A stretch of DNA of 64,000 bases from Octopus sinensis (GCF_006345805.1 NC_043001.1:58032001-58096000); one strand, 5' to 3'; counted from the first letter of the stretch, positions 1 through 11,734 are shown. Notes: generated by a model not told the origin, from the sequence alone. Translations and numbers: made by a program.

Positions 1-1539
1 TTTCACGAGAAGGCTATTCCGCTGATCGGATCAACTGGATCCCTCTTTGTTATAACCGAGGGAATGCCACGATATTATGTATGAAAACATGTAGCACTTA
101 TTTTGAGTGGAACTACATTGGTCATAGATGGGTTGAAAGGTCACAGCAGTTATAGTAGAAATCAGCTTTGGTAACGTTTATGGAGAGAAGGCAACGCTAA
201 GAAGAGAAACGTCAACGATGTCGAAACTTATATTGCTGAACGCCCAACCGATTACTTCAACAAATGAGATGGAGGATTGAAACCACCAAGTTGCAAACTT
301 TATATCAGCCAAAACCGGTCATCGTCAGCTGCTTAAGACTAGATATCACGGAGAGTTGCAAATGCTAAAGCTGTCTTGAATCCCATCAACATTGCTAAGC
401 AGTGTATATGGCTTTTAGACTGTCCGAATCTGTCAATACCTCACTGTAACGTCTTATAAATTTTCACTGACCTTTTTCCTACATTGGGGCTGGGGAAATT
501 TACGTCCGCGGAGAGCCAAATGATGCAATCTGTCCAAACTGTTTGGGCCCTACTGTGAAGTACATAGAGGGTCATGTGATAATTGGGCAGCTACATCGTG
601 ACATTTGTTAGGTCTACGTAGTGGATTATCTGCCAAGTATCGTTTGAATATTTTGGCTGATCATATCCGTCATGTGGTAAGAACATTGTTTTAAACTATC
701 TAATTAAAGACAACAATCCATTTTGGTATATGAGCATGTAAATCATGATGGAGTCGTTGATACTTTTAGGTGTGGTATACATTTTACGTATAGTAGTTTC
801 AATACGCTAGAAATTACAAAATAAAAGAGAGCCCTGCTCATAACGAAAGTGGTCAAATCTGCGATCAATATTTTAGTGAAAGCAGGCAATTGGAAAAAAA
901 AATAGCTAAAGGAAATAGTATAAAATTTTCAATGGGAAATCTTTAATTAATTTGGAATTTTTAATCTATGGATTGTGCAGTTGAAACCTTGACTCCATGA
1001 AAGCGTTCAATCATTAATATGAGACAGGATGTCAGACCCAAGAGAGTGCAGGAGCAATTGAGAGGAACTGAAGTAATATAACAGAGAAAGGTAAGTTCAC
1101 AATTTGTATAAACTGCAATATATTACATCCTGTCGAATATATACACCAGTAATAGTTTAATTATATAAAAATGTTTTCCTTATCCTACATAGATCATCAG
1201 TGCGAAATGATATTTGGCAAGTGGAAAGAAGATGAAATTGCGGAAGTTTTTAGTGTTATGTATCATATACTGATAGAAAACCGTGTCTGTAACCGTAAGT
1301 TGTGCTACATTTTCTTTTTCGTTAACCAGTTAATAAAGTGAAACAAAAGTCTCTAAATGAGGAATGCAGAAGTAGCAAAAAACATTTTCTTAAATCCCTC
1401 GGTCATTTCTAAGCATCCGAAACATGCAGATAAACTTTGATGATGATCTTACATATTTACATTTATTCATATACACAAACACACATACAAAGCACACACA
1501 AACACACGCTCACTCACTCACACACACACACACACACGA

Positions 1540-1585
<46 letters not shown>

Positions 1586-1684
1586 TATTCAATATATATT
1601 TGCTTCAGACAAAAGCTTTAGTCGAGTACAGAGAGTGATAAGGTAAATAACAAGACAACAAAACGTTATGTAATAAAATTCATT

Positions 1685-1762
1685 AGCTTACAGCTGATTC
1701 AGTTATACAATACAACGCACTCAGATATAAGCGCTTGTGTATCATCTCATATCTTCGGAGCT
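1685..1762 (-). ncRNA. Degenerate hammerhead-like relic in a Penelope-type repeat tail
   Basis: Minus strand reads AGCT-CcGAAGA...GAAt-CAGCTG-TA-AGCT: 4-bp stem I and palindromic stem III are present, but two core bases deviate (U4>C, A15.1>U) and stem II is unclear. Confidence 0.3.
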
Positions 1763-1825
1763 TCACTTTTGAATATATGTATGTATTTGTGCGACTTTGT
1801 GTGTTTTTTTATCTTTTACGTTTTC

Positions 1826-2030
1826 CAGTTATTAGACTGCGCTCACGATGAGGCGTTGCCTTAACGAATTTTAGTCCAACGAATCGACCCCTCTTCTTAT
1901 TGTAGTTTTCAGGCCTGGTATTAATTCTATTGTATTGTTTTGCCGAACCCCTTCGTTACGGTGATGTAAACACACTAACACTGGTTGGCAAGCAGTGGTG
2001 GGGACAAATACAGACATGAAGAAACCCCCT

Positions 2031-2071
<41 letters not shown>

Positions 2072-2210
2072 ATGAACTTCTTTCAGTTTCCGTCTACGAA
2101 ATTCATTCCCAAGGCTTCTGTCGGTCCGACACTATAATAGAAGACACCCACGTTGCTACTCAATGGGACTGAACCTACAACTGGGAAACAATCTTCTACG
2201 ACACACAGCT
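1826..2210 (-). mobile_element. tRNA-derived SINE (abundant family), with internal (TA)n
   Basis: Reverse-complement homologue of the copies at 2745-3055 and 58292-58730 (ggtgtgtttac..ccgtaac, ggggtcgatt, gccgcagtc-like blocks). Confidence 0.7.
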
Positions 2211-2744
2211 TTAACTATATATACCATAAGTATATATCGGATATAATTTGCATTTCCTTGGATTAATTTACAACAAATAATTCATAACTTTAAAATGGTC
2301 GTTATTACACGGTTCAATAAATAAATGAAGAAACAAAGAAATCAAAAACAAAAAAAAAATTGAAGATACAGTTATATACTTACGCAAGCATGGATGAAAT
2401 AGCCAGTGAATATAAATAGAGTATGTGCTTGAATACATGTTAATAAAGATATCGATATATCGATATTCACATTCATGGATACATTTCCCTGGATTCACCC
2501 ACACATAAGCATAGACATTCGCAAAAATAAAAGAATATAACTAGATATAAATACGAAACACATACAACTAAGAATATACACAGATTGGTATGTAAATGTA
2601 CATCAATACACACACATATACACACACAAACACACAGACACGCACACACACATGCATATATATATATATATATTCATGCATTTACGCACTTATAAAGACA
2701 TATAACTGCACATGCACGACACACACATATAAACTTATACATAG

Positions 2745-3055
2745 GCGCAGAAGTAGCTGAGTGGTAAGAATTTTGCTTTCCGTCAACATCGTTCCAGGCT
2801 CAATCCCACTGCAAGGAAGCATTTGCAGATTCTTCTACTACTTTGCTATGTCTATTCTTGATCCCCACCACTGCTCAGGAATCGGTGTTGGTGTTTATGT
2901 CCCAGTTACTTCGTGGTCGGACTAAAGAGACCAATAGAATAATTAATAGGCTTAATAAAATAAGTACCAGGGTCGATGTTTTCGATAAACAATTCTAGGC
3001 GATGTCCCTCCATGTACATAGTCTAATGAGCTGAAGCAAGTAGATGAAAGAACAT
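2745..3055 (+). mobile_element. tRNA-derived SINE (same family), diverged
   Basis: tRNA-like head gtagctgagtggtaag...ggctcaatcccact, then shared body agagacc.atagaata..ta..aggctt..aataagt.c.ggggtcgat. Confidence 0.65.
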
Positions 3056-3275
3056 AGAATATACCTACACACGCAGTCACGTACGTATAGCGATACATAA
3101 ATACGTTCATATATACTTGCATGTATGTGTGTATGTATGTATGTATGTATGTATGTATGTATGTATGTATGTATGTATGTACTGATGGATGGATGACTGT
3201 ATTCATGTATATATGCATGCATGTATGCATGTATGTATGTATGTATGTATGTATGTATGTATGTATGTATGTATG

Positions 3276-3327
<52 letters not shown>

Positions 3328-4315
3328 CACAAAAATATAATGGATGTGTGTATGTATATTTATCTGTCTACCTATAGGAAGGATAACTACAGTGTAGATA
3401 TAAAAACTATACGCACGCTAATTATTGTGTAAAATTTCACAATGAAGACAATGGACATGGTCTCGCTTCTCTAGCTGCCATCTGAAGGGAGCTACTAACT
3501 ATTTTTCCAACACGAACAAAATCGCTTTTGAAAAGCAAATGTAGGGTCTAAGGGATTTAATTTACAGATGAGTTAAATATGACACTTCAAAATTAACAAT
3601 AATAATAATTGAAGGATCTACGTGTGATAATTATTAGAGGATTTAAATATGGCACTTTAGAGGATTTAAATATGACGCTTCCAAATTAACAATAAATGAA
3701 TGAAGGAACTAAGGGTGATAATTATTTGAGGATTAACATACTACTTAAAAAATAGAAATAAACACCTGCCTAAGAGACATCTTTTTGATAGGATTACTAT
3801 ACGTTTTCATTTTATTTCAAAATACAGTGTGGAACTCTTCTGTGGGTATGCCACATGTGTAATATAATGACACAGATAATAAACAGTGGGGGGAGGGGTG
3901 TATAACTGTAATGAGTTCTATTAATTCATATTACTATAAGTATTACTTAAATAATTATTATTTTACATTCGTTCTATATTTATATCTATAGAAAATCAGC
4001 TTCCATTGTTTCGCTGCCTACCTTTACAATACAAACCATAGATGACCACTTTCGTTTTATTCCCTGCCTATCTTCAGAATAGAAACCTAACTTAGATTTC
4101 TCTCCAAAATGTTCCCATTATTTCACGTATTATACATAAGAATTTATTAGGTCATCTGTCATTTTTATCTCACTTCAGCATATTTGTACAACTTTTCATT
4201 TTATTTGAAAATACTCGTTTTCCCTAAACATAGGAAAAAACCAATTTGGTGGAGCAATCTTTTCTACGTATGTCATATGTATAACATAATGACACCCATA
4301 ATAACATGCGTGTCG

Positions 4316-4348
<33 letters not shown>

Positions 4349-4444
4349 CGTGTGTCTCTGTGTACGTATGGGTGTGTAACTGGAATAACCTTTCTTACTC
4401 CATATTGATATAACAAGAAGGGGACGTTTCTTTGGGGGTCTTTC

Positions 4445-6230
4445 GAGTCACTATGAATGCTTTTTGAGGCTGCTTCTTCATGAAATAAGAGAGCCGACTT
4501 CTTTCTCCTTCCTAATCACGATTATGGTCTCAAAAGGTTCGTACTTATTCAGACGCCTGTTTAGCCTTACATTTGTTAGATAACAGTCAGTGGGATAGAA
4601 CAATAGCTGAGGTTTCAGTGACAAGCACACCTATTTCTTCGAAAGATATTTTCGCAATTCTCCTGAATTGTGAATTAATTCATCCATTAGCATTGTGGCA
4701 CAAATATAAGAATGATTTATCAGAATACTACAAATATGTAGCACAACTAAGATTACCTCAGAGGGAAATAGCATTCAACGATGACATATACCATTCTGCA
4801 TTGTTTGATATTGAAGATCACGTTGTCAACATGTTTAGCGTACCTGAAACTCATCGAAATGAGGGGAATAATTTAATCACAGAACCTTTGCGAGACACTT
4901 CCTATGACACTGATTTATTAACAAGATTCTTTGAAGAAAATGTCCGGAAACTTTTGTCAGACCAACAACTTGCTTATGCAACAATCATTGATCAAGTGAC
5001 ACATAAGAGACGAAGATTATGTTTTTAGACACACTAGGAGGAACTGGAAAAACAAATTTAGTGCCAATCAAAGCTGGCACAAAAAAGAAATAGCTTTAGG
5101 CATAGCGAGCCCTGGAATTGCTACGACTTAACTCTGAGAAGGTCAAACAGGTGACGCAGCATTCAAGTTGCCATTCAGTCTAACTTCAAAAGATGAACCT
5201 GTCTGCAACATTAGTAAAAGTTCTTTAGCTCAAGTTCTCATGATATGTTCTTTGATCATATAGGATGAGTAAACAATGTCCCCTATGAAATCAGTAGAAG
5301 CTGTTAACAGAATGCTGCAGGATTTGCGCAATTCCAGTTGTATGATGCAAGATCTGACAGTAGTACTTTCAAGTGATTTCCGACAAACTATGCTAGTGAT
5401 TCCCAGGGGAACAAAGGCGGATGAATTGAAAGAATGCTTGAAATCTATATTATGGAAACATATCAATTCTGTTAAAGCTTTCTACAAATATTAAAGCACA
5501 TTTACATGGTGATCATCAGTCAGAACAATTTGCATATACTATTTTGCGAATTGTAGAAGGAAAGCTAAATATTAATCATGAAGGTAACTTGAATCCATGA
5601 AAAATATGCACCTTTGTCAGCTCGTTTGTGGAACCTACTGAAAAAGGTATTCCATGTATAATTTCAAATTTCACAACTGCTTCTAGGTTGTGCAACGCCG
5701 TAAACATGGCACCAAAAACGTTACTGTGAATAATTTAAATGAACTCTGTTGTGGATCAATCGGAAATAGTCAATAACCCAGTTGAGTTCATAAATTCACT
5801 GCAACCACCAGGAGCTCCTCCGCATTGCCTTCCATTGAAAATAGGCGCTACAATCATGCTTCTACGCCATCTTTCTCAACCAATGTGGTGCAATGGCACA
5901 AGACGTGTTGTCAAGAATTTAATGAGAAATGTCATACAGGACACAAGAATATCTGGTTGTAGAAAAGGTGAAGATATTTTTATTCGTCGCTTACCTTTAA
6001 TAACTTCCAATATGCCCTTAGAGTTCAAGTGATTTCAATTTCCAATACATCTTTGTGATGTCCATTAATAAGTTTCAACTTTGAAAGTTGTTGGTTTGCA
6101 ATTAAAAGAGGATTGTTTCTCACACTGTCAGTTATATGTTGGGACATCCAGAGTGGGGAGCAAGAAGAATTTTTACATTTTTTCCCTACAGTAAAACGCG
6201 AAACATTATCTATAAGGAGTTTTTACAATG
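4445..6230 (+). pseudogene. Helitron Rep/Hel (PIF1-like helicase) relic, multiple stops and frameshifts
   Basis: Fragments read FLRLLLHEIREPTSF, DACLALHLLDNSQW, LGGTGKT (Walker A), [59 protein letters not shown]: all hallmark Helitron helicase motifs, in the correct order. Confidence 0.9.
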
Positions 6231-7987
6231 AGATCATTATACTAAAATTTCAGAATGATTAATAACATTGAATTCATATTGTCAACGTCGTCATACTATA
6301 TTAGTCTAAGAAAACCTACTTGTATTTTTGTTTATTGTAAGAAGTTCTATAAATTATAGTCCCTATGCTTTTAGTTTTCCCCGAACATTTATTTGCTTAT
6401 CTTCTACTACACATAAGCCAAAGTCTGTGCGAAGTTTCCTTCATTTATAGATTAAAATGATATAGATCATAGATCAGAATTTTATATGTAGCGATGACAG
6501 TATTGTCCAGAAGAAAACTGATCTAATGTCCATATGAATGTTAACAACCATTTTTTATATAGGTTCAATAGAATGTAAGTGAATAAATTTCAATATTCAC
6601 AGTACTATTTGGGCAGCTCTTTTCAACCCAGTCAATGACGGTGTTTCTTCTTGTATATATATATATATATATATACAATCGGATACATTCAAATCCTCAT
6701 ATATGTGTGCGCGCATACAAACGTACGCAGACACACACACATACATACACACACATACTATTTTATATGCATGCACAGACATGTAAGTGTTGAACAAAAA
6801 ATGAAATAATATAATGAGTGGCTACTATATTATGATACAAAATATATACGTGGATGGATACATTCTTTTAATCATACATGTTTCTATTCATATATTTGCA
6901 CACCTCTGTCTGCGTTTGGAATACATACAAACACAAACAGAGAAACACAGAACCAATTCTACTTACGCATTCTGAAGTTTGTAAAGCAGACATTGTATTT
7001 ATATTTGTTGAGTGAGATTGTAAAATGAATGGTGAACAACAAATTTATAACTGTATTATGTAAATAATATGCATATGCATATACGTATGCACACCTACAA
7101 AATCACTCATAAATACACTTATACAACGTGTGCGTTTGTGTGTGTGTGTTTTTGTGTGTTTATATTTCACAGGCACAAATAGGTGTATATATATGAACAC
7201 TCGCATCTATGTAGATATTTGTTAGAACATACAATACGCTAGAACACATACAATGCCAGCAATATATATTCTGTTGATATTCTTTTACTCTCGTTCGACT
7301 GATACTTGTATATCTGCAAGTGCATCCAAAATAAAGATGAACACCATGTGATCGGCTAGAAAAATTGTTAGGATATTAAGATATTTTCTTCACATGAAAC
7401 CAAAGTAGATTTAATACACAAATAAAGAAATTTTATCCACCAATGCAGTGTTGAAACCTCTTTCCCATTGTTCAACATTTACGTATCAGACTGTTGGGGT
7501 TAAACCGAGATGCACAGATATACTGTAGAATAAATATAATAATAACAATAATAATAATTTTGATGGAATATATAAATATGTTAATGTACTTGAATTATCC
7601 CAGGAATACGGTCTAGGATCTTAAAAATATGTATTAGTAGAACCGCCCGTAGCGAAGCATTAAAGTATTTATATATGCCATCGAAGGATGTTAATTATAA
7701 ATATCTATCTATTATCAAGTTGTCTGTCTGTCTGTCTCCCTCTGCGTGTATATATATATATACATATATATATATATTATGTGAAATAGAAAGATGAATA
7801 ATCTTGTTGTAGATTAATCAAAAGTTAACCGATACCTTAGTAGCAAAAATCACAGCAGTAAACAGCACGGTTGGAGGTACAACCATCTGGCGTTGCAACC
7901 GTGCGTTGGTGCGGATAATTGAAATTAAAACATTATTGGTGAATTGAGGAAATGGAGCTGAACGCAGATTGAACAGAAATCGTTTTA

Positions 7988-8077
7988 TTTCATTATACAC
8001 GTGTTTCGAAAGGCACAAATTACCAAAATCCGATTGAATAATGGGACCATATTGTGTCTTTCTCTTCAGGAAGAAAA
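7988..8077 (-). ncRNA. Type I hammerhead ribozyme, left PLE arm (stem I position 1.1 mismatched)
   Basis: Identical to the 11011-11100 motif except base 7995, which gives GUA/U instead of GUA/G and breaks the first stem I pair. Confidence 0.7.
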
Positions 8078-8671
8078 AAGGAAATCCGTTAGAGAAACAA
8101 AAACAGAACAGAGGCGGAGCAAAAACCAAATCGAACTATGCTCCTAAGAGCCCATGGCGAAACTGTTTATCAGTGTTTGCTGAGAACCGGTGGCTGAAGA
8201 ATTCTACAGGTCAGGCATCGGTCAATCATGTGGGTGAGGGTGTATAGATGTTCTTAGTGACCGAGAATAAAGTTCTGACTATTTAAGGAATATTGGATGT
8301 TTTATAAGGGGCGAGAAAAAATCTACTTAGAGACGTGTGTGTGTGTATACTGTTCTATATATGTGTGTGTTGGCGTAGGGGTAGAAAGCACTTTTTGTGT
8401 ACGTGTGTGCGTTTGATCGTTCGGCTGTCAGTGGCTACTGCCGTGATAACCGTTGGGTGGCAGAAAGAAAAAAAAATATATATATATTATGTTTTATGTG
8501 TGTGTGTATTCATCTGAGCCTGCCTTGTCAAGGAAACCCCCCGCTGTGAAAAAACCAAGCCCCGTTTGTCTTACAGGAGTAATTCCCCTTGCAGTGGATA
8601 ATCGTAGATATCTAAAGGCTATTTCAGAATTTGTTACCAAGGGCTATGGGTGCCGGTATTATTTATAAACG

Positions 8672-9568
8672 CTATTTAAAAGCCAGATAAGTGTAACGCC
8701 GCCAATGGGGGCATCGAAAAGCCGACTGTAAGAGCCCGTTTACCATCCGGCCTCTGGCAAACAAAATATGGAAGAGTTCGGAGACACAAAGGTTACACTG
8801 TCTTCTACCCCTATCAAATGGGAGGGCCACCGACAAAATTGACCATTCCAGCCTGTAGCTTAAGTTCGTATCTTTCAGTCGCCATATTAGCTTACTGAGT
8901 CCCGTGGTCTGGCGCTTGTTCACGTCCCGAAAAGTTGCGTAATGATTGGAGACACGCAAAGACAATCTTGAGGATGATGCCCCTACATAAGTGAAGACAT
9001 CTGAGTCCGTGTAAACCTTGCATTGGTAGACGGCGTTTTTGATCTTGGAGTTCGCCGACGTAAATCTTAATCTGCTAGGATTAGTTTCTGAAATTAGAAC
9101 TGCGTTCCTGTCACTATATTCGTTCCGAGACCTGCAGCCGCTTACTACTCTATTTTCCACTACGTCACTATTAACTATAGGAATAAACCCTGATTCTCCA
9201 CTATCTATCAGAGTACTGTCATTGCTAGTGCCCGTGGTGCTGCTATTGCGGGAAATGATGCTGGGGTTGCTATTGGGGCTCTCTACCCTACTCCCATTGT
9301 TACCGTCAACCACAACACCCCTATTTATAACTATACCCCTAGTGGGTACTCCCTGGCTGGAGCTGAGATTATGTGTCACTGTACTGGCTCTCATATCATT
9401 ATTACTACTATAATTATTCCTACTGAGCATTAAACCGGGAGCGGAGGAGGCCGTGCCTCCGGAAAAAGGTGATAGGGTCTTAGTAAGTAGCCTATTATTA
9501 TGGGAGGCGATTATCTGGGCGAGGTTTTTAGTGTTGGAGAAAGCTATCCTAACTTTATGTGAGTAAAG
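8672..9568 (-). CDS. PLE ORF C-terminal part: RT-to-EN linker plus GIY-YIG endonuclease, uninterrupted (298 aa); RT lost by 5' truncation
   Basis: KVRIAFSNTKNLAQIIASHNNRLL linker motif; NAVYQCKV...YVGASS..R..NH; GLSKLIWRLK...WSIL; CNLCVSE..I; VN; RCPH. The listed 322-aa ORF starts at a GTG in the opposite arm (first 24 aa are antisense read-through); first in-frame ATG is at 9430 (252 aa). Confidence 0.85.
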   Translation of the reverse strand, partial: LYSHKVRIAFSNTKNLAQIIASHNNRLLTKTLSPFSGGTASSAPGLMLSRNNYSSNNDMRASTVTHNLSSSQGVPTRGIVINRGVVVDGNNGSRVESPNSNPSIISRNSSTTGTSNDSTLIDSGESGFIPIVNSDVVENRVVSGCRSRNEYSDRNAVLISETNPSRLRFTSANSKIKNAVYQCKVYTDSDVFTYVGASSSRLSLRVSNHYATFRDVNKRQTTGLSKLIWRLKDTNLSYRLEWSILSVALPFDRGRRQCNLCVSELFHILFARGRMVNGLLQSAFRCPHWRRYTYLAFK

Positions 9569-10418
9569 CCTCGCCCAGATAATCGCCTCCCATAATAATA
9601 GGCTACTTACTAAGACCCTATCACCTTTTTCCGGAGGCACGGCCTCCTCCGCTCCCGGTTTAATGCTCAGTAGGAATAATTATAAGTAATAATGATATGA
9701 GAGCCAGTACAGTGACACATAATCTCAGCTCCAGCCAGGGAGTACCCACTAGGGGTATAGTTATAAATAGGGGTGTTGTGGTTGACGGTAACAATGGGAG
9801 TAGGGTAGAGAGCCCCAATAGCAACCCCAGCATCATTTCCCGCAATAGCAGCACCACGGGCACTAGCAATGACAGTACTCTGATAGATAGTGGAGAATCA
9901 GGGTTTATTCCTATAGTTAATAGTGACGTAGTGGAAAATAGAGTAGTAAGCGGCTGCAGGTCTCGGAACGAATATAGTGACAGGAACGCAGTTCTAATTT
10001 CAGAAACTAATCCTAGCAGATTAAGATTTACGTCGGCGAACTCCAAGATCAAAAACGCCGTCTACCAATGCAAGGTTTACACGGACTCAGATGTCTTCAC
10101 TATGTAGGGGCATCATCCTCAAGATTGTCTTTGCGTGTCTCCAATCATTACGCAACTTTTCGGGACGTGAACAAGCGCCAGACCACGGGACTCAGTAAGC
10201 TAATATGGCGACTGAAAGATACGAACTTAAGCTACAGGCTGGAATGGTCAATTTTGTCGGTGGCCCTCCCATTTGATAGGGGTAGAAGACAGTGTAACCT
10301 TTGTGTCTCCGAACTCTTCCATATTTTGTTTGCCAGAGGCCGGATGGTAAACGGGCTCTTACAGTCGGCTTTTCGATGCCCCCATTGGCGGCGTTACACT
10401 TATCTGGCTTTTAAATAG
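9569..10418 (+). pseudogene. Second, frameshifted copy of the PLE GIY-YIG ORF
   Basis: Mirror of the left arm with a 2-nt deletion near 9685 and a 1-nt deletion near 10101, just before YVG; ORFs 9697..10107 and 10068..10418 are its pieces. Confidence 0.85.
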
Positions 10419-11010
10419 CGTTTATAAATAATACCGGCACCCATAGCCCTTGGTAACAAATTCTGAAATAGCCTTTAGATATCTACGATTATCCACTGCA
10501 AGGGGAATTACTCCTGTAAGACAAACGGGGCTTGGTTTTTTCACAGCGGGGGGTTTCCTTGACAAGGCAGGCTCAGATGAATACACACACACATAAAACA
10601 TAATATATATATATTTTTTTTTCTTTCTGCCACCCAACGGTTATCACGGCAGTAGCCACTGACAGCCGAACGATCAAACGCACACACGTACACAAAAAGT
10701 GCTTTCTACCCCTACGCCAACACACATATATAGAACAGTATACACACACACACGTCTCTAAGTAGATTTTTTCTCGCCCCTTATAAAACATCCAATATTC
10801 CTTAAATAGTCAGAACTTTATTCTCGGTCACTAAGAACATCTATACACCCTCACCCACATGATTGACCGATGCCTGACCTGTAGAATTCTTCAGCCACCG
10901 GTTCTCAGCAAACACTGATAAACAGTTTCGCCATGGGCTCTTAGGAGCATAGTTCGATTTGGTTTTTGCTCCGCCTCTGTTCTGTTTTTGTTTCTCTAAC
11001 GGATTTCCTT

Positions 11011-11100
11011 TTTTCTTCCTGAAGAGAAAGACACAATATGGTCCCATTATTCAATCGGATTTTGGTAATTTGTGCCTTTCGAAACACGTGTAGAATGAAA
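11011..11100 (+). ncRNA. Type I hammerhead ribozyme, right PLE arm; predicted cleavage after 11092
   Basis: ttttcttc-CTGAAGA(11019-25)-stem II gaaagacacaa/ttgtgcctttc (10 of 11 bp)-GAAA(11081-84)-C acgt G-TA-gaatgaaa; palindromic short stem III typical of PLE minimal hammerheads. Confidence 0.82.
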
Positions 11101-11151
11101 TAAAACGATTTCTGTTCAATCTGCGTTCAGCTCCATTTCCTCAATTCACCA

Positions 11152-11204
<53 letters not shown>

Positions 11205-11321
11205 TATATATATATATTGATAGAAATGGTAAGACAACACAAGAATGAAAGAGACATCGATGTTATGTAAATAGAGGAATTTATCTGTAAATGTAATATG
11301 TGACAATTATTCGGTAGCCAT

Positions 11322-11382
11322 AATAAAACTCTGAGTTTTGGATGTCGGGGTGGAAATCCACGCCGCCATCTCTTCAGTTATC
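11322..11382 (-). ncRNA. Hammerhead motif, G12 mutated
   Basis: gataa-CTGAAGA-gatggcgg..ccgacatc-c-aAAA-ctc a gag-TT-ttatt. Confidence 0.5.
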
Positions 11383-11611
11383 CGGCCATCGGAAAAAATG
11401 CAATGAAAAAGACCGTTAAACAAAGTGAAATTACTGTGTGATTAACTGTTATTAAGACAAAAGAGCTATTTGAATTACCACTAAGTGAGGGGAGGGAGTA
11501 AAAGTAAGGGGGTAAAATGTACATAGCATTCGCGTAAGCGCGCATGTCAATACCTGCACATACGCGCCCGCACACTATCGGTCATTTTCATAGCATTTTT
11601 TCCGCTGGCCG

Positions 11612-11672
11612 GGTAAATGAAGAGATGGCGACGTGGATTTCTACGCCGACATCCGAAACTCGGAGTTTTATC
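11612..11672 (+). ncRNA. Hammerhead motif, C3 mutated
   Basis: ggtaa-aTGAAGA-gatggcg..cgacatc-c-GAAA-ctc g gag-TT-ttatc. Confidence 0.5.
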
Positions 11673-11734
11673 ATGGCTACCGAATACTTGTCACATATTA
11701 CATTTACAGGTATATATATGTATATATATATATA

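Larger units (their letters stand above)
7777..11151. mobile_element. Penelope-like element (PLE): 5'-truncated, head-to-head inverted pair inserted in (TA)n
   Basis: Arms 7937-9524 and 9569-11151 are near-identical reverse complements around a 44-nt spacer; each holds a C-terminal GIY-YIG domain and a 3' hammerhead; left copy has ~160 nt extra 3' tail; (TA)n flanks at 7749-7776 and 11152-11217. Confidence 0.88.
11220..11709. mobile_element. Non-coding head-to-head palindromic element with hammerhead-bearing 131-bp arms
   Basis: Arms 11285-11415 and 11579-11709 (diverged reverse complements), 163-nt spacer, (TA)n on both sides, left copy ~65 nt longer at its outer end. Confidence 0.7.

Noticed and set aside
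1-700. Moderately GC-rich, coding-looking stretch
   Set aside because: Frequent stops in the frames I read and no recognisable motif
7630-7740. Helitron-like terminus (gcttcgctacgggcggttctactaat on the minus strand)
   Set aside because: Ends in CTAA rather than CTAG and no matching opposite end could be assigned
8672-9640. 322-aa ORF as a full standalone protein
   Set aside because: Its start is a GTG in the opposite palindrome arm; the first 24 residues are antisense read-through created by the inversion
9039-10052. Leu-rich, membrane-like ORFs 9039..9413 (+) and 9660..10052 (-)
   Set aside because: They are the antisense frames of the S/N/T-rich PLE linker
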